A stretch of 64,000 bases of DNA, from the NCBI GenBank assembly GCA_002269645.1, contig NIVC01001063.1:1-64000 (forward strand), read 5' to 3'. Under the pieces are notes generated by a model, which did not search any database, was not told where the DNA came from, and saw nothing but the letters and a program-made list of their open reading frames with translations. Of the stretch, positions 24,336 to 36,416 are shown in pieces. The stretch is from Macrostomum lignano (taxonomy: Eukaryota). A program made the translations under genes and the position numbers. The stretch's first letter is position 1. Each line of letters starts with the position of its first letter.

Positions 24336-26085
24336 TTGGTTGGTTGCATTCTTGCAGCTATCGTGTTGGTTGCAATCTTGCAGCTATCGTGTTGGTTGCA
24401 ATCTTGCAGCTATCGTGTTGGTTGCAATGCTGCAGCCATCGTGTTGGTTGCAATGCTGCAGCTATCGTGTTGGTTGCAATCTTGCAGCTACCGTGTTGGT
24501 TGCAATCTTGCAGCTATCGTGTTGGTTGCATTCTTGCAGCTATCGTGTTGGTTGCAATGCTGCAGCTATCGTGTTGGTTGCAATGCTGCAGCTATCGTGT
24601 TGGTTGCAATCTTGCAGCTATCGTGTTGGTTGCAATCTTGCAGCTATCGTGTTGGTTGCAATGCTGCAGCTATCGTGTTGGTTGCAATCTTGCAGCTACC
24701 GTGTTGGTTGCAATCTTGCAGCTATCGTGTTGGTTGCAATCTTGCAGCTGTCGTGTTGGTTGCAATCTTGCAGCTATCGTGTTGGTTGCAATGCTGCAGC
24801 TATCGTGTTGGTTGCAATGCTGCAGCTATCGTGTTGGTTGCAATCTTGCAGCTACCGTGTTGGTTGCAATCTTGCAGCTACCGTGTTGGTTGCAATCTTG
24901 CAGCTATCGTGTTGGTTGCAATCTTGCAGCTGTCGTGTTGGTTGCAATCTTGCAGCCATCGTGTTGGTTGCAATCTTGCAGCTATCGTGTTGGTTGCAAT
25001 GCTGCAGCTATCGTGTTGGTTGCAATGCTGCAGCTATCGTGTTGGTTGCAATCTTGCAGCTACCGTGTTGGTTGCATTCTTGCAGCTATCGTGTTGGTTG
25101 CAATGCTGCAGCTATCGTGTTGGTTGCAATGCTGCAGCTATCGTGTTGGTTGCAATCTTGCAGCTGTCGTGTTGGTTGCAATCTTGCAGCCATCGTGTTG
25201 GTTGCAATCTTGCAGCTATCGTGTTGGTTGCAATCTTGCAGCTATCGTGTTGGTTGCAATCTTGCAGCTATCGTGTTGGTTGCAATCTTGCAGCTATCGT
25301 GTTGGTTGCAATCTTGCAGCCATCGTGTTGGTTGCAATCTTGCAGCTATCGTGTTGGTTGCATTCTTGCAGCTATCGTGTTGGTTGCAATCTTGCAGCTA
25401 TCGTGTTGGTTGCAATGCTGCAGCTATCGTGTTGGTTGCATTCTTGCAGCTATCGTGTTGGTTGCATTCTTGCAGCTATCGTGTTGGTTGCAATCTTGCA
25501 GCCATCGTGTTGGTTGCAATGCTGCAGCTATCGTGTTGGTTGCATTCTTGCAGCTATCGTGTTGGTTGCATTCTTGCAGCTATCGTGTTGGTTGCAATCT
25601 TGCAGCCATCGTGTTGGTTGCAATCTTGCAGCCATCGTGTTGGTTGCATTCTTGCAGCTATCGTGTTGGTTGCAATCTTGCAGCCATCGTGTTGGTTGCA
25701 ATCTTGCAGCTATCGTGTTGGTTGCAATCTTGCAGCCATCGTGTTGGTTGCATTCTTGCAGCTATCGTGTTGGTTGCAATCTTGCAGCTATCGTGTTGGT
25801 TGCAATCTTGCAGTCATCGTGTTGGTTGCAATCTTGCAGCTATCGTGTTGGTTGCAATGCTGCAGCTATCGTGTTGGTTGCATTCTTGCAGCTATCGTGT
25901 TGGTTGCATTCTTGCAGCTATCGTGTTGGTTGCAATCTTGCAGCCATCGTGTTGGTTGCAATCTTGCAGCTATCGTTGGCTGCAATCTTGCAACTATCGT
26001 TGGCTGCAATCTTGCAACTATCGTTGGCTGCAGTCTTGCAACTATCGTTGGCTGCAATCTTGCAACTATCGTTGGCTGCAGTCTT
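24336..26085. repeat. 26-bp minisatellite array ending in ~5 copies of a 24-bp variant
   Basis: Unit GTTGGTTGCAATCTTGCAGCTATCGT, about 63 copies, then TTGGCTGCAATCTTGCAACTATCG. Explains the long repetitive ORFs. Confidence 0.97.
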
Positions 26086-26867
26086 GCACCGGCAATCCAG
26101 TTCGCTGCTACGTCAGTCCGCAGGCTTCCGCAGAAGGCGGCCGGGCGGCTCCAGCTATTCGCAGTTTTCTAATGCGGAGAATTTCACCCGACTATTTTTG
26201 TGCGCCGTCTGTTTTGATTGGCCGGTCTTTCAGTGAGAATTTTAGATTTGCGAACCGTCATATCATGGATGAACGCCTGTTGCTGGTTTTATTAGCGATT
26301 AACAAAGACTGCGAATTGGACAAAGACTCCGGCACCAGATCTGATTCCCAGCAATAGATTTTATTGATTTTGTGTCCCGCTTTCCTCAAATAGGCGCCTA
26401 TAGAAATATTTATATAATTAATAAGAGTTGCTCGCAAGCGCAACTGTCCCAATGTTTATCGCGCTCTTGTGATTTAGCTATTATACTAATCAATTATTTA
26501 TTACATCTGCCGCAGCTTCCGCGCTTGCTCAGCAAGGCCTGCATTGGCGCCGCCGGAGCACCTTTTAGGCAACCGCAGATCCTGTCAGAAGACCCGAGCT
26601 CCGCGGCCTCTGTGCTTTTGTTGTTTTCATTTTTAGTCCCTTTTCCCAGCAGCCGGCTTTGCCGCCTCCCCCAACTGTCTGAACTGCCCGCCTGCGTGTG
26701 CGTTTTGAGGCAATAAAGAAATAAATTTTCAAATCAGCAGAAATAACCCCAGGCCGCGGAGTTCTTCGGCGCTCATCGCATACTCTGTTTCGCCTCACGA
26801 ACACCTGCGCCGCTTGCTTGTTGCAGTCTTCTTCATTTTTGACCTGGCTCTGCTACAATCCCATCCG

Positions 26868-27636
26868 AATCCCATGCTGCGGAGCTGAGGGAAATAAATC
26901 ACTGCAATCCCATGCTGCAAAGCTGAGGGAAATCACTGCAATCCCATGCTGCAAAGCTGAGGGGAATCACTGCAATCCCATGCTGCAGAGCTGAGGGAAA
27001 TCACTGCAATCCCATGCTGCGGAGCTGAAATCACTGCAATCCCATGCTGCGGAGCTGAAATCACTGCAATCCCATGCTGCGGAGCTGAAATCACTGCAAT
27101 CCCATGCTGCGGAGCTGAAATCACTGCAATCCCATGCTGCAGAGCTGAAATCACTGCATTCCCATGCTGCAGAGCTGAAATCACTGCAATCCCATGCTGC
27201 AGAGCTGAAATCACTGCATTCCCATGTTGCAGAGCTGAAATCACTGCAATCCCATGCTGCGGAGCTGAAATCACTGCAATCCCATGCTGCAGAGCTGAAA
27301 TCACTGCATTCCCATGTTGCAGAGCTGAAATCACTGCAATCCCATGCTGCGGAGCTGAAATCACTGCAATCCCATGCTGCGGAGCTGAAATCACTGCAAT
27401 CCCATGCTGCGGAGCTGAAATCACTGCAATTCCATGCTGCGGAGCTGAAATCACTGCAATTCCATGCTGCGGAGCTGAAATCACTGCAATCCCATGCTGC
27501 GGAGCTGAAATCACTGCAATCCCATTCTGCGGAGCTGAAATCACTGCAATCCCATTCTGCGGAGCTGAAATCACTGCAATTCCATGCTGCGGAGCTGAAA
27601 TCACTGCAATTCCATGCTGCGGAGCTGAAATCACTG
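26868..27636. repeat. 30-bp tandem repeat
   Basis: Unit AAATCACTGCAATCCCATGCTGCGGAGCTG, about 25 copies. Confidence 0.95.
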
Positions 27637-28163
27637 CTTTCCGTCTTTCTCCCTATATCTGTCAGCTTTCAGACCCATAGATCTTATATACACGAGATGG
27701 GCCACTCAGTGACCTTCTGTATACTGGAGAATACACGTCATTATCACAGTTTCGCGCGCAGCAAGTGTGTGGAATTCATGATTTTGGGCAGTTCGATCAA
27801 TTCGTCAATTGTGTTCACACCGACAACTTTCTCATTTATCGCATATAGCGTCTGCTCTGCTTTAAAGTTTAGCTGCGTTATTCTATTGCGATTGAAAATA
27901 TTTTTTCCTCTATGCCCATAGCTGACTACTGCCGATTAGTTTTCAGTAGTGCAAGCAAACATTTTTTTGTTCCCGAGGCATTTGGGTGTCTTTTCTATGC
28001 ATTGGCTGAATTGGGAGTGGTTTGGTCAGACCAAACAAGTTGAATCGAGCGGAGAGACTGCCATAGACAGCTTCGGTGGCTCGGTGCGGCGCAGCCTCAG
28101 TGCTTGCAATTTTTAGCAACTCCTAGCGGGAGCCAAACTGAAGCTCGACAGACCAGCAGCGCC

Positions 28164-29534
28164 ATGCCTGCCAGCGACTCCGAGCCGCAGCGGCAAGTCG
28201 TTTATGAGCCCTGCGTGCGGCCCTCCGAGCTGCTCAGGCGGCAGCGATTGCCAACCGAGGCAAGTGCGGAGCAGCCCACCGGCTGCTGGCCCGCGACTCG
28301 GCAGTTTGTCGTGGGTCTTGGTGAGCGCGGGAAAATTCTGAGCGTCTTTAGTGCGCGGTTGTACGCGATTCTCATTGTCTGCGTGCGACTCTCATGGTGT
28401 CTGCGTGCGACTCCATTGTGTCTGTGTACGACTCTCATGGTGTCTGTGTGCGACTCTCAAGGTGCCTGTGTGCGACTCTCATTGTGTCTGTGTGCGACTC
28501 TCATGGTGTCTGTGTCCGACTCTCATGGTGTCTGCGTGCGACTCTCATGGTGCCTGTGTGCGACTCTCATTGTGTCTGTGTCCGACTCTCATGGTGTCTG
28601 TGTCCGACTCTCATGGTGTCTGCGTGCGACTCTCATGGTGTCTGTGTCCGACTCTCATGGTGTCTGTGCGCGACTCTCATGGTGTCCGTGTGCGACTCTC
28701 ATTGTGTCTGTGTGCGACTCTCATTGTGTCTGTGTGCGACTCTCATGGTGTCTGTGTGCGACTCTCATTGTGTCTGTGTGCGACTCTCATTGTGTCTGTG
28801 TGCGACTCTCATTGTGTCTGTGCGCGACTCTCATTGTGTCTGTGCGCGACTCTCATTGTGTCTGTGTGCGACTCTCATTTTGTCTGTGTGCGACTCTCAT
28901 GATGTGTGCGCGACTCTCATTGTGTCTGTGTGCGACTCTCATGATGTGTGCGCGACTCTCATGATGTGTGCGCGACACGTACATAAAAATCTTCATGCAG
29001 ACTGCTGCGATGCTGGAGACGGAGCTTCATCTGCATGCTGTTCCTCTTCGTCAAGCTTTCATTCTGCCTCTCACCGCAGCACCCCAGTCGGTGGCATCAG
29101 TGCCAAAGCTGCCGCAGTCACCGCCGTCGCCGTCTGCCATCTCGGCTGCATCCGCAGCCTCGCGGCTTCTGCAGCAGCAGCGCCGGCGGCAGCCGCCTGC
29201 GAGACTCTCGTGGCCGTGCGGCTGTGGCTGCCGGGCCTGCAGTCACCGCTGCCTCCTCCGGCCGAGTCGCCACCCACTCCGCCGTCGGCGCGACCAGCGA
29301 CGTCGTCAGGAGGCTCTGTGCGGTAGCGGACTCGCCGGGCCGGCCGCGAGCCCGGAGGCGGGGTTTTACAATGGCTTCCGAGTTGCTGGCGAGCTGCTGC
29401 TGCTCCTGCTGTCTGTTCCCTTGCTGCTCCTGCTGCTCCACTGCTTGCTGCTTCTGTCCGGTATTGGCGGGCAGCCGGCGTTGCTCCAGGCGGACTGGCT
29501 GCAGTTTCTGAAGTTCTTTGAGGGCCTGGTCTGA
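28164..29534 (+). CDS. Putative two-exon uncharacterised protein with a hydrophobic C-terminal stretch
   Basis: join(28164-28320, 29080-29534); the G|GTGAGC donor and CTCTCACCGCAG| acceptor agree in phase 1. The Leu-rich stretch could be the antisense of CAG repeats; no family recognised. Confidence 0.4.
28365..28975. repeat. 22-bp tandem repeat (intronic)
   Basis: Unit GGTGTCTGTGTGCGACTCTCAT, about 27 copies. Confidence 0.95.
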
Positions 29535-29912
29535 GGGTGCGCCAGTGTAGGTTTTGCATAGCGGACCAAATTTCAGTTGCATTCCCAGGGTCGACGCCGC
29601 GAATTATTAAAATATAAATTTATGAGTAGCCTGCAGTGATGAACAATAGCAGAGATTAGCTCGCTGAGTATCTTTAATGCAGTTGATTTTTGTTTAAATC
29701 GGTGCTTTTTAAGGGTCAGAGAGGAATCAAGCATTCGTATTGTGGATTGCGCTGTGTAATTATCATTTTACTGTGTAATTTTGAGTTAAACTCGCACGAA
29801 AAAAATTAACATTACGATTTCAAGGTAGAACATTAACTCGACATCAACAATTGAATTTTGTCATGTTCTAGCCGGAAAAAGAGCGCATTTTGGCGCGAAT
29901 TCAATCAGCCGC

Positions 29913-31915
29913 TTAAGTCGGCTGCAGCTGCGCGAAGGCCGCGTCCTCCTGGCCCCGCGCCCGGTAGAGGCTGGCGCGCCAGCCGGCGCTCACCCAGGCG
30001 CTGCCGATCTTCTCCGGGTACGCCGCCGCGAGCTCCTCCAGCTCCGAGTCCGAGGCCTCCAGCCGCAGCTCCAGCGCCGCCAGCTTCTCCAGCTCCGACA
30101 CCATCCGCAGCAGCTCGGCGCCTTTCCTGCGCAGCCTCATCGCCTCGTCGTTACTGGCGTTGTTGCCAAAGTGAGCCGCCGTGTTGTTCTGCGAGCTCCC
30201 CGGCTGCTGCTGTTGCTGCGATTTCTGCTGCTGCGCCGCTTGCTGCTTCTGGTGCGGCTGCTTCTGCTCCTGCTGCTGCGCTGTCTGCTGCTGCTCGGCT
30301 GGCTGCTGGCCCGCCTGCTCCGTCTGGCCCCTGCGCTGCATGTCCTCGCAGACCTCGCGCACGTGGCGCATCCACTCGCGCTGCAGCCGCAGCTGGAGGC
30401 GCCGCTGATGGCGCGCCCTAGCGCGGCGCCATTGGAAAACCGCCAGCATGCAGATGGCGCCCAGGAAAGAGGCGTAGTTCAGGATTACACTGCTCACTGT
30501 CTGCAATTGCAAGCATGCTCATCTGGTCACTCACTGCTCACTGTCTGCAATTGCAAGCATGCTCATCTGGTCACTCACTGCTCACACAACCAACACGCAG
30601 ACAGTCTGAGAGCAAGCGGCGCACCTGAACGAAGGCCCAGACGAACATCTCCTGCTTGGAGCGGTGCAGGTTGGGCTGCGCGCTCTCCGCGCATAGGAAG
30701 AGGCCGAGCGCCAGCAGCAGGACGAACAGCAGCGAGCCGAACACCCCGCCGGTGTCCGTGGGGCTCAGGCTGGTGAACACGCCATCCCAGACGGTGTTGC
30801 TTCCGGCTAGCGAGGCCTCGTCGCTGCCTGTCAGGGCCGCCGCCTCCGCCGCCCTGCTGACGATCTGTCGGCTGACCGCACCGCGGCTCCGCAGCACCGC
30901 CCGAAGTGCCTTCAGCTGCAACCTACCGGTTTGCAGAGTTTGGATAGAGGGGGTTGAGCTTCCTGCACTGCTGGCACTGGCTCTGCTCTCAGCTTCACCT
31001 GGCGCTGCTCTGCTCTCAGCTTCACCTGGCACTGCTCTGCTCTCAGCTTCACCTGGCACTGCTCTGCTCTCAGCTTCACCTGGCACTGCTCTGCTCTCAG
31101 CTTCACCTGGCACTGCTCTGCTCTCAGCTTCACCTGGCACTGCTCTGCTCTCAGCTTCACCTGGCACTGCTCTGCTCTCAGCTTCACCTGGCACTGCTCT
31201 GCTCTCAGCTTCACCTGGCACTGCTCTGCTCTCAGCTTCACCTGGCACTGCTCTGCTCTCAGCTTCACCTGGCACTGCTCTGCTCTCAGCTTCACCTGGC
31301 ACTGCTCAGCTCTCAGCTTCACCTGGCACTGCTCTGCTCTCAGCTTCACCTGGCACTGCTCTGCTCTCAGCTTCACCTGGCACTGCTCTGCTCTCAGCTT
31401 CACCTGGCACTGCTCTCTTCGCCAGTGCGACTGTGGCTCCGGCTGTGGCCGTGCCGGCCGCCCAGAAGCCGCCTGGCGTTGGCGTTGCGCAGCGGCTCGG
31501 CCTGTCCAGCCGCCGCCAAGTTGGAGTTGGCGGTGTTTCGCAGCGGCCGCGCCCGGAGTCGCCAAGCCAGAGGCCGGCGCAGAAGACGTCGGTGCACTTG
31601 CCGCCGGAGACCGCGCAGCGTTGAGACGGCCGCCCCGATGATGCCAGCGTCACTGCTGCTTCCGGTGCTGCTTCCGGTGGTGCTGCCCGCCCTGCTGCTG
31701 CTCCTACTGGCTGCTCTGCTGTTGCCGGCGCTGCTAACTGGGCTGCCGCTACGGCTTCTGCTGCTCCTGTGGCTTCCAGCCTCGGCTGCCCTCTGACCTT
31801 CCATTGCTGCTTTCACCGATACTTCAGTTGCTGCTTCGCTTGCTGCTGCTTCCGGAAGCAGAGGCACAGAGATGCTGCGAACGCTGACTGGCTCCTCCTC
31901 GACTTCTTGAGACAT
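29913..31915 (-). CDS. Putative multi-exon membrane protein, unknown family
   Basis: Exons ~30625-30930 (donor CAG|GTGCG) and 29913-30500 (acceptor TTGCAG|ACA) join in frame: ...GGVFGSLLFVLLLALGLFLC...EMFVWAFVQ|TVSSVILNYASFLGAICMLAVFQWRR, then a Gln-rich coiled region. The upstream exon (~31400-31915) is uncertain. Confidence 0.5.
30975..31410. repeat. 27-bp tandem repeat
   Basis: Unit CTCTGCTCTCAGCTTCACCTGGCACTG, about 16 copies. Confidence 0.95.
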
Positions 31916-32114
31916 TCCGTGATGCAGACTGGTTGCAGGGCGTTCGAGATTGCTGGTTTATTATTCCCTTGTTATTGTTCCACCTCCCAGTCAATTTCGC
32001 ATCCCTTCAAGCCACTTTCTTGTCTCTGGCCATAGACTAAGCACTGCCGTGAAGGCTCTGGGGAACACGGAGCCGTCATATTGGTGTTTGGAGTGGAAGC
32101 AATCCATGTATTGA

Positions 32115-32650
32115 CCTACGATAGAGATCCCATCATCCAGGCATTAGCCTACAATTGGAGATCCCATCATCCAGGCATTGGCCTACAATTACAGATCCCA
32201 TCATCCAGGCATTGGCCTACAATTACAGATCCCATCATCCAGGGATTGATCTACAATTAGAGATCCCATCATCCAGGTATTGATCTACAATTAGAGATCC
32301 CATCATCCAGGGATTGATCTACAATTAGAGATCCCATCACCCAGGCATTGACCTACAATTGGAGATCCCATCACCCAGGCATTGACCTACAATTAGAGAT
32401 CCCATCATCCAGGTATTGATCTACAATTAGAGATCCCATCATCCAGGTATTGACCTACAATTGGAGATCCCATAATCCAGGTATTGATCTACAATTAGAG
32501 ATCCCATCATCCAGGTATTGATCTACAATTGGAGATCCTATCATCCAGGTATTAGTCAACAATTAGAGATCCCATCATCCAGGTATTGATCTACAGTTAG
32601 AGATCCCATCACCCAGGCATTGACCTACAATTAGAAATTCCATCATCCAG
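32115..32650. repeat. 34-bp tandem repeat abutting the Polinton left end
   Basis: Unit AGAGATCCCATCATCCAGGTATTGATCTACAATT, about 16 copies; the last unit is cut at the Polinton terminus. Confidence 0.93.
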
Positions 32651-33040
32651 AGTAGTAGGGCGAATTATGATACTGCCGCACTAGCACTGGCGAGATAGGC
32701 GGCAATGCAAATGTACAGGGAAAAATACACTGCGGAGATATGAGCCCTATCTCTGTGCATTGGGGACGGCTAAGCACTGCAGAGATATGAGCTCTATCTC
32801 TGTGCATTGGGGACGGCTAAGCACTGCAGAGATATGAGCTCTATCTCTGTGCATTGGGGACGGCTAAGCACTGCAGAGATATGAGCTCTATCTCTGTGCA
32901 TTGGGGACGGCTAAGCACTGCAGAGATATGAGCTCTATCTCTGTGCATTGGGGACGGCTAAGCACTGCAGAGATATGAGCTCTATCTCTGTGCATTGGGG
33001 ACGGCTAAGCTCTGCAGAGATATGAGCTCTATCTCTGCTT
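32649..33040 (+). repeat. Polinton left TIR with six 47-bp subterminal repeats
   Basis: Unit CTCTATCTCTGTGCATTGGGGACGGCTAAGCACTGCAGAGATATGAG; inverted to ~50110-50531. Confidence 0.92.
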
Positions 33041-33285
33041 AACACTGGAGTGATAGGAGGAGAGGCGGCCTATCTCTTTACACTGGAGATGGTTAACACT
33101 GCAGAGATAGGAGGAGAGGCGGCCTATCTCTTTGCATTGGGGGTGGTTAACACTGCAGAGATAGGATGGAGTGGGTTAGCTTAGCTGAATGAATGTTAAT
33201 CTATGTAATTGGAAATAATGTTTGCGAAAGAGCCAATCACAGAGCCCGGAGTGGGATGGGTGGTTTGGGGTGGTTCGGTCGAGGG

Positions 33286-33293
33286 TATATAAG
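33286..33293 (+). promoter_or_regulatory. TATA box TATATAAG upstream of the PC4-like ORF
   Basis: About 105 bp before ATG 33398; the same 8-mer occurs at 40970 (+) and 49306-49313 (-). Confidence 0.55.
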
Positions 33294-33397
33294 CCCCGAA
33301 ACTGACAAGAAAGAATTCTCAATTTTTCAAATCCAAAATTTCATCCGAACTTTTCCTCAGCTTTTAACTTTTGTGAGTTTTCAATTGCGAAAGGAAA

Positions 33398-34171
33398 ATG
33401 GACATCTGTGAAGGCTATAAGGCACAAGTCCAGGAGTTTGAAGGACAAAAATTTATCGCTATTCGCAAGTTTTACCGACACGGCAGCACGGCAAGTCTGA
33501 AGCCAGGCGTCCCAGGATTCAACCTGAATGTTCACCAATGGAAGAAATTGAAGGAGGTGAAACGCTCACTTGTGATTTCTGCACGCAACAACGAGCCCAA
33601 GGTCGTGAAACTCGGCTTCGATAAGTTTGTGGAAGTCAAAGGCGGCATCATTTGGCTCAAACGGCTGCCGGAAGATTGCTGCGAGGAGTTTTTGAGACGA
33701 AACGCCGTACCACTGACTCCGCCGCTGTGGCAGAAGCTCTGGAAAATCGCCTCCTGGATCGACGGTCAGCTGGTGGCTCCCTTGAGGAACTCAATGCAGT
33801 ACGAGCTGGAGTCTGATGAGGAAGAGGAGGAAGAGGACAAGAAGCTCAAGTTGGAGGCTGACCAGGACACGAAGCCCATAATGGAGACTGATGAGGGCGG
33901 AGAGCATGCTGATGACGAGGACGTTAGCTCGCCCACAAGGCCGCGCATTGTGACTGAGCCTATCACATCCACACCGATACCTTTGGTTGATTCTGATGCT
34001 GGACTGCTTCCGCAGCGGGACACCAACCTTGAGGAAGATCCGGTGTGGTATCAGTTCAGGGCGCATGCAGCGGCTTCGACGGTGAGCAGCAGCAGCAGGA
34101 AGCGAAAGCTGCCATTTCAACTTCGTCGGCAGGACGCGATGAGGCTGCCCAATGTTCGCTTTGATAACTGA
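33398..34171 (+). CDS. PC4/Sub1-like ssDNA-binding protein with acidic tail
   Basis: AQVQEFEGQKFIAIRKFYR...LKPGVPGFNLNVHQWKKLKE matches the PC4 core VREFKGKxxIDIRExY...KPxxKGISLxxEQWxxLKE; a second PC4-like half may follow. Confidence 0.8.
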   Translation: MDICEGYKAQVQEFEGQKFIAIRKFYRHGSTASLKPGVPGFNLNVHQWKKLKEVKRSLVISARNNEPKVVKLGFDKFVEVKGGIIWLKRLPEDCCEEFLRRNAVPLTPPLWQKLWKIASWIDGQLVAPLRNSMQYELESDEEEEEEDKKLKLEADQDTKPIMETDEGGEHADDEDVSSPTRPRIVTEPITSTPIPLVDSDAGLLPQRDTNLEEDPVWYQFRAHAAASTVSSSSRKRKLPFQLRRQDAMRLPNVRFDN

Positions 34172-34498
34172 ACAGCTAGAATGCTTTGAATGCATTGGAC
34201 TAACTAAATTACTTTTAGCTTGCACATGATTATCCAGCCTATATCTGACGGCACTATGCTGTTTTTTATCTCTGCTATTTCTGAAATGCTGGTGTGCGAG
34301 TGTTTTAGTGTTCGTTTTTATGGATTGTTTGCTTTCGGAAAATACACCGACTGTTACGATGTTAGAGGTTTCAATCTGACAGTAATAAATTAATTTGCCA
34401 CTCGTTTCTCTATCATTTAATTGGAATATAAATTTCTACTTAAGAAAAAAATACTGTACAGCTAGAGCAGGTGGATAGGCACGTATCTTGATAAACCC

Positions 34499-35569
34499 AT
34501 GATGGAGAAAATTTATTTGAAACCTGAGCAACCGGCTAGTTTTTCTTGTGCCTCAAAGTTGCTGCATGAAGTGAGGCAAAGAGGTGATCGAATATCTGCA
34601 AAGAGCATTGAGCAGTGGCTCAGCGAGCAGCCAGTGCACACTCTGCACAAGCCAGCTAGGAGGCGATATCCAAGGGCCCCAATCATAGTGCGCGCAATCG
34701 ATGATCAGTGGGAACTTGACTTAGTGGAAATGATTCCATTTGCAAAGCATAATAAAGGCTACAAATATATTCTCACATGCATTGACGTGCTCTCAAAATG
34801 TGCTTGGGCCAAGGCACTGAAAAATAAATCTGCTGCAGAAGTGAAGTCAGCATTCGAGAGCATACTGAGAAGTTCAAAGCGCCAGCCACGCACAGTTCGC
34901 ACAGATCAGGGGAAGGAATTTATCAACTCCACTTTCCGTCAATACTGCATTGACAGAGGGATTCTGGCTTTCCCAACTAACAGCGAGCAGAAGGCAGCTG
35001 TCATTGAGCGATGGAATCGGACTCTGAAAAGTAGAATGTGGCGCTACTTCACCTACAAGAGCACACTGCACTGGCTTGATGTGCTGCCTAAGCTGGTAAA
35101 ATCCTACAACAATACCTACCACAGAAGCATCAAAATGGCACCCACTAGTGTCTGCAAAGAGAATGAATCTGAAGTGTGGATGAACCTGTACGACGGAAAA
35201 GCAGTCGAGACTCTAGAAAAATTAAGGAAGCCTAAATTCGCTGAAAACCAGTCAGTGAGAATTTCCAATGCTCCACGGCTATTCAAAAAGGGATACAAAG
35301 CGAGCTGGAGTGAGGAAGTGTACACCGTGGTGAGCAGAGCCCCAAAACATTATCCCTACATGTACAAGATTAAAGACATGCGGGGGCAAGAGATTCGAGG
35401 ACTCTTCCATGAGCACGAGCTGCAGGCTGTCCCGGACTCACAGCGGCTGTATGTGATTGAGAAGATCCTGAAAACGGAGAAGCGGAAGGGAAAAATTCGC
35501 TATCTGGTGAAATGAGCGGGCTACGACTCGACTGGCTGGGTGGATGAAAAAGACTTAAGAAAGGTTTAG
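34499..35569 (+). pseudogene. Polinton retroviral-like integrase with chromodomain broken by a premature stop
   Basis: QWELDLVEM, YILTCIDVLSK, RTDQGKEF and KAAVIERWNRTLK (DDE). The chromodomain IEKILK...YLVK*AGYD..GWV has TGA at 35513-35515 where Trp is expected. Confidence 0.92.
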
Positions 35570-35588
35570 CTTTGGCACATCCCTCATC

Positions 35589-36416
35589 TTGAAGTTTATC
35601 ATTATAATGCGAACTATTTTGATTAACAGTGAGCATGCTGAAGGTACTCCTAGTGACTTTAATTTTTACCTGCCTTCACCTATTTACTTGGATCGAAATG
35701 TGGACTATGAGGCAGGTCTGGCTGAAATCCATCTGCCTGCTGCATGGTTCAATGTTGACGAGCCTTACTGCTTCACTGTCTCAGATGGAAGAGAGCATGA
35801 GGCCCTGGTTCTTCAACCCGGACGCTTTGCTAGAGTGGAGGAGCTGGTGGAGCGCCTGAATGAGCTGCTGGCCAACTCTGATTCGCTGTTCTTTGATGCA
35901 ATGAGTGACAGGGAGTCTGAGATGGAGGCTGATGAGTCCGGCCTGATGGGGCGTAGTGGCAACAGGGAATTCGGTATGAAGTTCGAAATCCACAACTCAC
36001 GAACTGTGGTGCACAACAACACTGCGAGAGCAGAGCTGTTTCTTCCATCTAGTAAAATTCTGCATTGGCTGGGATTTGGAAACCAGGCTGTGAAAATCCA
36101 GCCAGGGAGCCGCGTGTCCGAGCATTGCATTGGCTGCCCGCGCACCAGCTTAATCAATGTGCACTGCAGTATCGTTGAGTCAACTAATTGCAACTGGAGC
36201 TCCTTGTTGAGAACAGTTGGAATGAAAGCCGGCATTGAATGGGGCAACTATCAAACAAAAATATTTAAGAAAACAATATTCTTCCCGATTCAACGAATCA
36301 GTCTTCTTCACAGCATTCGAGTTCAGCTCCGTGACATCTATGGTTGCCCACTGATTGCACAGACTCACAGCCCTGTTCTGCTTACAGTTCAAATTCAGGA
36401 GAAACGCATTCAATGA
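35589..36416 (+). CDS. Polinton minor capsid (penton-like) protein
   Basis: TPSDFNFYLPSPIYLD...YEAGLAEIHLP and INVHCSIVE...LLRTV...YFP-like C-terminus with IRVQLRDIYG; typical position after INT. Confidence 0.7.
   Translation: MKFIIIMRTILINSEHAEGTPSDFNFYLPSPIYLDRNVDYEAGLAEIHLPAAWFNVDEPYCFTVSDGREHEALVLQPGRFARVEELVERLNELLANSDSLFFDAMSDRESEMEADESGLMGRSGNREFGMKFEIHNSRTVVHNNTARAELFLPSSKILHWLGFGNQAVKIQPGSRVSEHCIGCPRTSLINVHCSIVESTNCNWSSLLRTVGMKAGIEWGNYQTKIFKKTIFFPIQRISLLHSIRVQLRDIYGCPLIAQTHSPVLLTVQIQEKRIQ

Noticed and set aside
24258-26357. 600-700-aa ORFs in three frames
   Set aside because: These are translations of a stop-free 26-bp minisatellite and are not credible genes.
26933-27634. 233-aa ISAPQHGIAV repeat ORF
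   Set aside because: A 30-bp tandem repeat read in frame; no flanking gene structure.
28351-28964. Cys/Val-rich ORFs resembling metallothionein or keratin-associated proteins
   Set aside because: Arise from a 22-bp TG-rich intronic repeat.
29118-29582. Gln-rich minus-strand ORF as an exon
   Set aside because: No convincing splice sites link it; the plus strand has phase-matched sites. The coding strand here remains uncertain.
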